45,022 nucleotides of DNA from Candidatus Kaiserbacteria bacterium (GTDB lineage: Bacteria; Patescibacteriota; Minisyncoccia; Phycocordibacterales; UBA918): NCBI GenBank assembly GCA_043719825.1, contig JAYSTK010000019.1, forward strand, positions 1-45,022. Direction: 5' to 3'. Shown here in pieces: positions 1 through 7,233 of this stretch. Each line of letters opens with the position of its first letter. The stretch's first letter is position 1. Below the pieces are notes generated by a model. That model ran no database searches and had not been told where the DNA came from. It saw only the letters and a program-made list of their open reading frames with translations. The translations under genes and the position numbers were made by a program.

Positions 1-37
1 GGGCGGCCTTTGTTGTATACTATATACAGTAGTACTA

Positions 38-65
38 TTGTATTTCAGATAAAATGTGGTATAAT
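38..65 (+). promoter_or_regulatory. sigma70-like promoter with extended -10
   Basis: TTGTAT at 38-43, 16-nt spacer, TG at 57-58 and TATAAT at 60-65. The ATG of the first gene is at 83. No Shine-Dalgarno motif lies between. Confidence 0.4.
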
Positions 66-82
66 ATTATTAATATCTAAAC

Positions 83-1186
83 ATGCGTAATCGCCTCAAA
101 GATTTATTTATCCCGCATGAAGGAAATGGTTTTCGCCCCAATATTCTTGAGGAATTTTCTGCAGGCGTGATGCTTGTGCTTATTTTGCTGTCTTTTACGA
201 TGGCAAATTTGCAGGCACTTCTTTGGATAAGCTCTGATTGGCTGGTTACGTCTATTCTTCCCGCGATCATTGTTGATCTCACGAACGATGAACGAGCTGA
301 TGAAAAACTTGTCACACTCACAAGAAGTGAAACGCTCGACAGAGCAGCACAACTCAAAGCAGAGGATATGGCAGCAAACGAATATTTCGCACACTACAGC
401 CCTACGGGTGTTTCACCATGGTATTGGTTTGATGAGGTTGCGTACGATTACCTCCATGCGGGTGAAAATCTAGCTGTTCATTTTACCGATTCAAGCGATG
501 TGGTAAAAGCATGGATGAATTCTCCTTCTCATCGTGCAAACATTATGAACAACGACTATCTCCAAATTGGTGTTGGCTCAGCGAAGGGCGAATACAAAGG
601 ACGGCCAACTATTTATGTAGTACAGCTATTTGGGACACCACGTGATATCCCTCCCGTTAGTTCGGTTGCTGGTGCATCTTCAGAATCTCAATCACCAGTT
701 AAAGAGGAAGAACCACAAATTTCAGTTGAAAAAGTCGCCATTCTGGATACAGAAACTTCTTCATCGTCAACACAAGTTGCTCCCGCTACTATTGAAACAG
801 AATCTCTCCAACCGTATACCAATGACGTTGGTGAAAGTCCGGCACTTGCGCAAACGGATGATACAGAAGAAATAGTGAGTATATACTCTGATATTGCAAC
901 AACTTCTCGCGATGGTATAGCAGTAGCCGTAATAAATGAGAACGACAATCGACCATCAGATTTAATTTCTCTCCCGCTTCGAAGCACTACTGAGCCGCAT
1001 TTATGGCTTTCAACCTTATACGTGATATTAACTGGTGTCGTACTTATGGCACTCCTTTTCTCACTGCAACTCGAGTGGCGGAAACATCATCCTGTGCAGG
1101 TAGCGTATGCGGGGGGACTGCTTGCAGTAATGGCGCTTCTTCTTTACATACATGTATCACTTACGGGCGTAGTAACTATAGTGTAA
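83..1186 (+). CDS. membrane-anchored CAP/SCP/PR-1 (YkwD-like) domain protein
   Basis: 367-aa ORF. AHYSPTGVSPWYWFDEV...GENLAV...AWMNSPSHRANIMNNDYLQIGVG...VVQLFG fits the CAP-domain signature blocks. One hydrophobic segment lies near the N-terminus and two at the C-terminus, with an acidic Ser/Thr-rich linker between. Confidence 0.8.
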   Translation: MRNRLKDLFIPHEGNGFRPNILEEFSAGVMLVLILLSFTMANLQALLWISSDWLVTSILPAIIVDLTNDERADEKLVTLTRSETLDRAAQLKAEDMAANEYFAHYSPTGVSPWYWFDEVAYDYLHAGENLAVHFTDSSDVVKAWMNSPSHRANIMNNDYLQIGVGSAKGEYKGRPTIYVVQLFGTPRDIPPVSSVAGASSESQSPVKEEEPQISVEKVAILDTETSSSSTQVAPATIETESLQPYTNDVGESPALAQTDDTEEIVSIYSDIATTSRDGIAVAVINENDNRPSDLISLPLRSTTEPHLWLSTLYVILTGVVLMALLFSLQLEWRKHHPVQVAYAGGLLAVMALLLYIHVSLTGVVTIV

Positions 1187-1190
1187 ACGA

Positions 1191-1640
1191 ATGAATGATA
1201 TACCCTCACATAAAAATAAAGTAACAGTACTTGGTGGCGTAGCTCAAAGTAATGTTCCGCTACCGCTGTATAGTTCTCGTCCACAAGCAGGATTTCCTGC
1301 CCCGGGAGACGATCAGATTGAGAAAGTGCTCGATATTAATGATCTTGTGGTCAAAAATCCCGCAAGCACCTTTTTTGTTCGTGTAGAAGGTGATTCTATG
1401 GAAGGAGCAGGAATATTTTCCCACGATGTACTTGTGGTCGATCGGTCTTTGACCCCCAAAGATGGGTCAATCGTAGTCGCTGCAGTGTATGGTGAGATGG
1501 TCGTCAAACGACTTGTGAAACGTGGAGATACTCATATTCTCGCTTCTGAAAACTCCAACTATAAACCTATCTTAATAGAAGGGCATGACGATTGCTTTAT
1601 GTGGGGTGTGGTGGTCGGGAGCGTACGACAGTTCTCATAG
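1191..1640 (+). CDS. umuD: UmuD-like S24 self-cleaving peptidase (pol V accessory subunit)
   Basis: 149 aa. QAGFPAPGDD parallels E. coli UmuD QCGFPSPAADY, giving a putative cleavage site at A33-G34. GDSM (Ser69) and VKRL (Lys106) are 37 residues apart, as in UmuD Ser60/Lys97. The ATG lies 4 nt after the upstream stop. Confidence 0.85.
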   Translation: MNDIPSHKNKVTVLGGVAQSNVPLPLYSSRPQAGFPAPGDDQIEKVLDINDLVVKNPASTFFVRVEGDSMEGAGIFSHDVLVVDRSLTPKDGSIVVAAVYGEMVVKRLVKRGDTHILASENSNYKPILIEGHDDCFMWGVVVGSVRQFS

Positions 1641-1695
1641 AGATGGTCGGTTGTTTTCATCAAAAGAACATAAAATATAATTGTATAATGATTAC

Positions 1696-2082
1696 ATGAA
1701 AGGATATATTATAAATATTGAAAAGGAAACCATTGCTAACGAAAACTACCGACGAGTGCTGTATACAGCCAAAAATTGTCAGCTAGTACTCATGTCTATC
1801 AAACCTGACGAAGAAATAGGCGAAGAAGTACACGCGTTAGATCAATTTATTCGTATTGAAGAAGGGAAAGGTGAGGTGCACATGGATAACGTGGTACACC
1901 AGATCCATGATGACCATGCAATAATTATTCCCGCAGGAATGAAACATAATGTTATTAATACTGGAGATACGGACCTTAAGCTGTATACAGTGTATTCGCC
2001 TCCGGAACATAAAGATGGCACGATTGTTCCCACAAAAGAGGATGAAAAAGAAGAACATTTTGATGGGGTGACAACAGAGTAA
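1696..2082 (+). CDS. cupin-fold protein
   Basis: The ATG at 1696 is preferred over the TTG at 1681. EEVHALDQFIRIEEGKGEV...IIPAGMKHNVINTGDTDLKLYTVYSPPEH is a typical two-motif cupin barrel. TATAAT at 1684-1689 sits 6 nt before the ATG. Confidence 0.7.
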   Translation: MKGYIINIEKETIANENYRRVLYTAKNCQLVLMSIKPDEEIGEEVHALDQFIRIEEGKGEVHMDNVVHQIHDDHAIIIPAGMKHNVINTGDTDLKLYTVYSPPEHKDGTIVPTKEDEKEEHFDGVTTE

Positions 2083-2136
2083 TGTATACAAATTTTGCGT
2101 ATACACCCACGCTATGAGCGGGTGTATACTTTTCGT

Positions 2137-3381
2137 ATGAAATGCATCGGACTCATGGATTGTAATAATTTTTTCGTATCCTGTGAGCGACTTTTTCGTC
2201 CTGACCTTATTAAAAAGCCAGTTTTTGTATTATCTGCCAACGATGGCTGTGTAGTTGCACGAAGTCAGGAAGTAAAAGACCTAGGTATTCCTATGGGAGT
2301 GCCGTTTTTTGAGGTCAAAGATATGTGTAAAAAGCATCACATAACAGTTTTTTCCTCTAATTTCACTTTGTATCGTGACATTTCATCTCGGGTAATGAGT
2401 GCACTTAAAGATGAATTTGACCGCATAGAAGTCTACTCAATAGACGAGGCATTTTTTGAAATCGAAAATCTGAATGAGGAGGATATTATGGCTATGCGTG
2501 AGCGTATTATTCTAAAAACCGGCATTCCTATTTCTTTTGGGATTGCAGCAACCAAAACGCTCGCAAAAATTGCAAATGCAGAGGCGAAACGTGCAAATGG
2601 GGTGAATATTCTTTCAAAAGAACAGGCGTTAGAAATAGGAGGTGAAATCTCGTGTGGAAGTGTATGGGGAATCGGACGACAAACGAGTGCAAAGCTTTCA
2701 AGATTTAAAATTCATACCATACATGATCTTTTGAATGTTGGGCTTACTTTTATGCGTCAGCATTTTGGAGTGCAGGGAGAACGGCTATACTTCGAGCTCT
2801 CTGGAACACCCGCCACACTTGCGGATTCTGTCGAACTTCCTCCAGGAAGCATAGCGAGCACAAGATCGTTTGGAAAAAAGGTAAACGATAAAGAAACGCT
2901 GAAGCAAGCACTTGCACATCATGTAACAAATATTGGGGAAAAATTACGTAAGGAAGAAGTTGCCGCATCTACTCTCACCATACTTTGTGCTCCTAGTCGG
3001 TATGGAACCTTTGCTTTACGCAAAGGAAGTGTACATCAGCCACTTTTGATTCCCACGAATGATACAAAGACTCTTCTCAAAGCAGCATTTGAGATGCTTG
3101 ACATGCTCTATGATAAAGAAGTGCCCTACAATAAAGCGGGCGTGATTGTGAGTGGCCTTATTCCTGTACCTTTCGTTTCCGAAAATTTATTTACGCTGTC
3201 ACCTAAAGAAGATTCCCGTGAACTTAATGCAGTCATCGACGGACTAAATAGTAAATATGGAAGACAAACAGTCACATTAGCAGCGTCATGCGGAGGGAAT
3301 AGTTGGAAAGAACGTACAGAGAGTCGATCGCCCGAATACACTACTTCATGGACGCAAATACCTAATGTTAAAGCCATATAA
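2137..3381 (+). CDS. umuC: Y-family DNA polymerase, UmuC-like
   Basis: The ATG at 2137 is preferred over the TTG at 2095. MDCNNFFVSCERLFRPDLIKKPVFVLSANDGCVVARSQEVKDLGIPMG parallels the UmuC N-terminus (CDVNAFYASCE..FRPDL..KPVVVLSNNDGCVIAR). A SIDEAF catalytic motif is present. TG-TATACT at 2123-2130 lies 6 nt before the ATG. Confidence 0.85.
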   Translation: MKCIGLMDCNNFFVSCERLFRPDLIKKPVFVLSANDGCVVARSQEVKDLGIPMGVPFFEVKDMCKKHHITVFSSNFTLYRDISSRVMSALKDEFDRIEVYSIDEAFFEIENLNEEDIMAMRERIILKTGIPISFGIAATKTLAKIANAEAKRANGVNILSKEQALEIGGEISCGSVWGIGRQTSAKLSRFKIHTIHDLLNVGLTFMRQHFGVQGERLYFELSGTPATLADSVELPPGSIASTRSFGKKVNDKETLKQALAHHVTNIGEKLRKEEVAASTLTILCAPSRYGTFALRKGSVHQPLLIPTNDTKTLLKAAFEMLDMLYDKEVPYNKAGVIVSGLIPVPFVSENLFTLSPKEDSRELNAVIDGLNSKYGRQTVTLAASCGGNSWKERTESRSPEYTTSWTQIPNVKAI

Positions 3382-3672
3382 GACGATGTCTTTAATATGT
3401 CGTATAAAAAGAAATATTCACACGCATAAACTACTAAAAGTAATTAAGGTTATCAACAATTCTTTAAGACAGTTTGTATAAGACTACGATATAATACATA
3501 AGGTCGATCGAGGAGTTAAAAGTCACCGGTAGTTGTCTAAACAAAACGGCTGTATCATTTTTTGGTACGTGTTTGGAATAATTGCCTCTCCACAGACTTT
3601 CTTCGATCGAGTGTTATACGGGGGTCTCCGTATGGCATCAAAGTTATTTACAACTTTATAATACTAAAGTAC

Positions 3673-4821
3673 ATGTACGTTTATAGACGGCAAGTTGCTG
3701 TCGAGAAAGGGATCGCGACCCTCCTCGCGCTAGCGCTTGTGCTCTGGGTAACGGGTACACACATGTTTATGAAGGCTGAGGCGGCAAACCTTACCTACAT
3801 AAAAGATACCCTATCAAACTCAGCACCAAGTGAGACATCGAATCATACGATTCAGTTTTTGTCACCAACAGGAGTCACAACTACGCAAAGTATTGTTATT
3901 ACATTTCCAAATGGATTCAATCTCAGTACGAGCACAGTAGCGTTTGACGACATCGATTTAGCTGAAGCAGGAGTTGACGAAACACTAGTAGCAGCAGGTG
4001 CAACAACTGCACAATGGAATGTATCCATTTCGGGACAGACGCTTACTTTCACGAGTGGAGGCGCATCAGCAGTTATTGCTGCTAATGCAACCGTTACTAT
4101 TGAAATTGGTACCAATGCAACATTTGGTACAGCTGGTGACGCACAAATTACTAATCCATCTGCAACTACCTCATACGAGTTTACTGCTGCCGCAGGTACA
4201 GCAGACTCAGGACAGTTCCGAGTAGCAATCGTTAATAAAGTACTCGTCACTGCAAACGTTGACACAACACTTACCTTTACAGTGGCAGGAGTGGCAGCAG
4301 GAGCAACCGTGAACACGAGTGCTACAACCACATCGACCACGACAACAAGTAGTGCGATTCCATTTGGAACGCTCGCAGCGAACGTCTCAAAAACTGCCGC
4401 ACAAGATCTTTCAGTTACTACTAATGCTAAAAACGGTTTTGTAGTCACCGTAGAGCAGAGTCAGCAACTTCAGTCATCAACTGGTGCTGACATTGACGGA
4501 TTCGTTAATGGTAGCTGGACAACGACACCAACTGCATGGACTGCCCCGACGAATAACATTGCAAACGAGAATACATGGGGCCATTGGGGTCTTACCTCGG
4601 AAGACTTTGTTACGGGCCGTACGAGTGAATTCTCTGCAAACACATGGGTTGCAGCAAGTACCACTCCGGTTATCATCATGGGCCACACAGGACCATCTGA
4701 TGGAACGACAGCAGGACAAGGTTTGTCTCGAATCGGTTATCAGGCACAAATCGCAACACTTCAAGAAGCAGGTGATGACTACAACACTTCGCTTACATAC
4801 ATTGCGACAGCAACCTTCTAA
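3673..4821 (+). CDS. secreted beta-rich surface protein, SAPS-box family (WxL/CscB-like by architecture)
   Basis: The ATG at 3673 is chosen because the N-terminus then aligns with the paralog at 39135-40286. It has a signal anchor ending AEAA, then the DTLSNSAPSETSNHT box and Thr/Ala-rich beta sequence. It ends in the conserved GYQAQIATLQEAGDDYNTSLTYIATATF. Confidence 0.75.
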   Translation: MYVYRRQVAVEKGIATLLALALVLWVTGTHMFMKAEAANLTYIKDTLSNSAPSETSNHTIQFLSPTGVTTTQSIVITFPNGFNLSTSTVAFDDIDLAEAGVDETLVAAGATTAQWNVSISGQTLTFTSGGASAVIAANATVTIEIGTNATFGTAGDAQITNPSATTSYEFTAAAGTADSGQFRVAIVNKVLVTANVDTTLTFTVAGVAAGATVNTSATTTSTTTTSSAIPFGTLAANVSKTAAQDLSVTTNAKNGFVVTVEQSQQLQSSTGADIDGFVNGSWTTTPTAWTAPTNNIANENTWGHWGLTSEDFVTGRTSEFSANTWVAASTTPVIIMGHTGPSDGTTAGQGLSRIGYQAQIATLQEAGDDYNTSLTYIATATF

Positions 4822-4838
4822 AGATATTCAATCAGAAT

Positions 4839-4870
4839 AAACAAAAACTCCCTTCGGGGAGTTTTTGTTT
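4839..4870 (+). terminator. rho-independent terminator
   Basis: AAACAAAAACTCCC-TTCG-GGGAGTTTTTGTTT is a perfect 14-bp stem with a tetraloop and a T-rich 3' arm. It lies 18 nt after the stop at 4821. Confidence 0.85.
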
Positions 4871-4923
4871 ATATACAGAAATTTCTATTCGAGTTTCTAG
4901 CAAAGTGGTAGGATAGATAAATC

Positions 4924-5994
4924 GTGCGAATCAAACCGCTCTCATTTCTGTTTGGAATTTTCTTAAGTACTTTTCTTGTAACAGTTCCTTTAACAAGTTC
5001 TGCTCAAAATGTTGCAGGCATTAAAGTGATTCCTGCATTCATAAATGGTCTCGCAGATCCGGGAGAGATACTGTATAAGGAAATAAAAATTTCAAATATA
5101 AGTGCAGAAGATAAAGAGTATTTTATATATAAGCGAGATATAAAAGGTGTAGAAGAAGGAGGGGTCCCCATTTTCGCTGATGAAAGTGCAGAAAAAACTG
5201 GATATGAGATATCAGAATGGATTTCACTACAAACAGAACCTGTGCGCGTTGGTGCTGGGGAAACGATCACTTTCCCTTTTAATATAAATGTTCCCGAAAA
5301 TGCATCACCGGGTAGCCACTTTGGCGGTATTTTTGTCTCTGTTGAAGCACCTAAATTACGGGAAATAGGAGCCGGAGTTGGATATGAAGTTGCTTCAATT
5401 GTCAGTATACGTATAAGCGGCGATGTTATTGATGACGCACGAGTTCGCTCATTTTCTACGGATAAACTTTTTTACAGTTCGAAGAATGTAAAATTTAATG
5501 CAAAGATTGAGAATCAAGGAAACATTCTTATCCAACCCCGGGGACCGCTTACGATTACCAGTATGCTTGGAGGTAAACCAGAAACAATAATGGTAAATGA
5601 GGATCTCGCGGGCGTTTTCCCAGGCACTATTCGTGAACTTTCTTTTGACTGGTCAAGTGAAGGAATTGGATTTGGTAAATATGAAGCAATACTTGCTCTG
5701 AGTTACGACGGTGAAGATGGACAAAAAACAATTGATGCTACTGCAGTGTTTTGGGTATTTCCTACAAAAGTAATTGTGCCAATTCTAATTGGCTTCGTAT
5801 CAATAATTGTTATTGGGTACCTTCTCACGCGATACTATATTAATCAGGCGGTGATGAGAGCTGCAGGAGGGCGTCGGATTTCGACATATCGGTATAGAAA
5901 GCAAGTTGGAGTTTCAAGATTTACGTTTGTATTTGTATCAATTTTAGGGGCAATGGTTATTTTCCTCATTGTGCTTCTCATATTGTTTGCGTAG
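4924..5994 (+). CDS. signal peptide + C-terminal TM anchored beta protein, DUF916/CscA-like (or COG1470-like)
   Basis: GTG start, 356 aa. It has a signal peptide ending SSAQN. The beta-sandwich-like blocks are IKVIPAFINGLADPGEILYKEIKISN and ISLQTEPVRVGAGETITFPFNINVPENASPGSHFGGIFV. Two hydrophobic helices lie in the last ~90 aa. The family name comes from remembered sequence pattern only. Confidence 0.65.
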   Translation: MRIKPLSFLFGIFLSTFLVTVPLTSSAQNVAGIKVIPAFINGLADPGEILYKEIKISNISAEDKEYFIYKRDIKGVEEGGVPIFADESAEKTGYEISEWISLQTEPVRVGAGETITFPFNINVPENASPGSHFGGIFVSVEAPKLREIGAGVGYEVASIVSIRISGDVIDDARVRSFSTDKLFYSSKNVKFNAKIENQGNILIQPRGPLTITSMLGGKPETIMVNEDLAGVFPGTIRELSFDWSSEGIGFGKYEAILALSYDGEDGQKTIDATAVFWVFPTKVIVPILIGFVSIIVIGYLLTRYYINQAVMRAAGGRRISTYRYRKQVGVSRFTFVFVSILGAMVIFLIVLLILFA

Positions 5995-6013
5995 CGCGTG
6001 ATAAAATATTCTT

Positions 6014-6400
6014 ATGACTCATGGTCTATATCATAAAATTCTCAGGGTAAGTATTGTCGTTACTTCACTTGTACTATTATTTGATGGGGGATTTATAACT
6101 CCGATTACAAAATCGTTGTCGCAAAATACCTACGTGTATTTAGGGAATGCGGTAGGCATATTCGCCGGCGTTGAACCTAATGAACTCAATGTCATTACCG
6201 CAGAATTAACCGAACGCACTCGTAATCTTGATGTACGTGAGCAACAAATTAGGGAACGTGAGATTGCGACACGCGATTTCAATAGTTCGCGGAACGATTA
6301 TTCAATTTATATTCTCTCCGTTATACTTTTTGCACTCACGTGCCTCATTTTGGTTAATTATGCGCTTGATTGGCGACGGGCGCGTCGCGTTTTTGCATGA
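6014..6400 (+). CDS. small bitopic/two-TM membrane protein with charged coiled segment
   Basis: 128 aa, with an N-terminal hydrophobic segment (VSIVVTSLVLLF), a central ELTERTRNLDVREQQIREREIATRD segment and a C-terminal TM (IYILSVILFALTCLILV). Its stop overlaps the next start (ATGA at 6397-6400). Confidence 0.55.
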   Translation: MTHGLYHKILRVSIVVTSLVLLFDGGFITPITKSLSQNTYVYLGNAVGIFAGVEPNELNVITAELTERTRNLDVREQQIREREIATRDFNSSRNDYSIYILSVILFALTCLILVNYALDWRRARRVFA

Positions 6401-7206
6401 AAAGAACTCTCTTAAAAGGAACGCTCGTAGTACTCACTGCATCAATTGTTTCTACACTTGGTATTTTTGCGTCTGATACATTGCGCGGTATTGATGGTGG
6501 AGTGGCAAACATCGGTGGAAGTGGCGGTGGCACATGTCGGGCAGGAATGGTAGCTCAAAAAATAGATGATACTCTTATCTGTGTTGATATGTATGAGGCA
6601 AGTCCCTCTACACAGTGTCCTCATGGAGCGCCCCAAAATGCACTTGAGAGCGAGAAAAATGCATCTACGCCCGAATGCTATGCTGCATCAGTTGCGCGAC
6701 AAGTTCCTTGGGTATTTGTCACCCTTTCACAAGCGCAACGCATGTGTGCTGAAGCCGGGAAAAGACTTCCAACAAATGATGAGTGGTATAAAATTGCTCT
6801 TGGTACTGACCCCTCTCTATGTGTCATTAATGACAATAGCCCAAAAAAAACAGGCACACCATCATGTGTTGCATCCTCTGGAGCGTACGATACGGTAGGA
6901 AATGTATGGGAATGGGTTGATGAAACTGTTGAAGGTAATCAATTTAAAGAGCGACCAATTCCTCCCGAAGGCTATGTGACTTCAGCAGATGCTTCTGGCG
7001 TGGCTATTACAACTGATTTAAATACGGGAGATCTACTCTATGGAGAGGACTATTTTTGGTCTAAGAGTGAAGGTATATCCGGCATGATACGAGGAGGATT
7101 TTATGGTAGTGGGGATGATGCGGGGCTCTACACAGTGAACGCCACCGTTGCGACAAACTTTGCGGCGCAAGGAGTTGGATTCCGCTGTGTAGAAGACATC
7201 ATTTAA
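6397..7206 (+). CDS. membrane-anchored FGE/SUMF1-fold (formylglycine-generating enzyme family) domain protein, copy 1
   Basis: The ATG at 6397 is preferred over 6370. It has an N-terminal TM. The motifs CVDMYEA, RLPTNDEWYKIALG, GNVWEWVDE, RGGFYGS and GFRCV are the hallmark blocks of the FGE-sulfatase/SUMF1 fold. No Cys lies between RGG and GFRC. Confidence 0.8.
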   Translation: MKRTLLKGTLVVLTASIVSTLGIFASDTLRGIDGGVANIGGSGGGTCRAGMVAQKIDDTLICVDMYEASPSTQCPHGAPQNALESEKNASTPECYAASVARQVPWVFVTLSQAQRMCAEAGKRLPTNDEWYKIALGTDPSLCVINDNSPKKTGTPSCVASSGAYDTVGNVWEWVDETVEGNQFKERPIPPEGYVTSADASGVAITTDLNTGDLLYGEDYFWSKSEGISGMIRGGFYGSGDDAGLYTVNATVATNFAAQGVGFRCVEDII

Positions 7207-7233
7207 GGAAACCGGAGAACGTATACTAGGAGC

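Noticed and set aside
14-28. LexA/SOS box upstream of the umuD-containing operon. TGTATA-CTA-TATACA reads CTGT-N9-ACAA-like on the minus strand, and AGTAC-TAT-TGTAT lies at 31-43.
   Set aside because: The spacing and half-sites do not match the CTGT-N8-ACAG, GAAC-N4-GTTC or RGTAC-N3-DGTWC consensus without mismatches. The sequence is built from TATA-like promoter hexamers common throughout this window. No lexA gene is available here to calibrate. I mention it only as a weak note in the umuDC finding.
3562-3672. Longer N-terminal extensions offered by the ORF track: TTG/ATG starts at 1681, 2095, 3562, 6370, 10666 and 41564.
   Set aside because: The downstream ATGs (1696, 2137, 3673, 6397, 10711, 41576) give N-termini that align with paralogs or family N-termini, start with proper signal/TM segments, avoid overlap with upstream genes, and sit just after -10-like hexamers.
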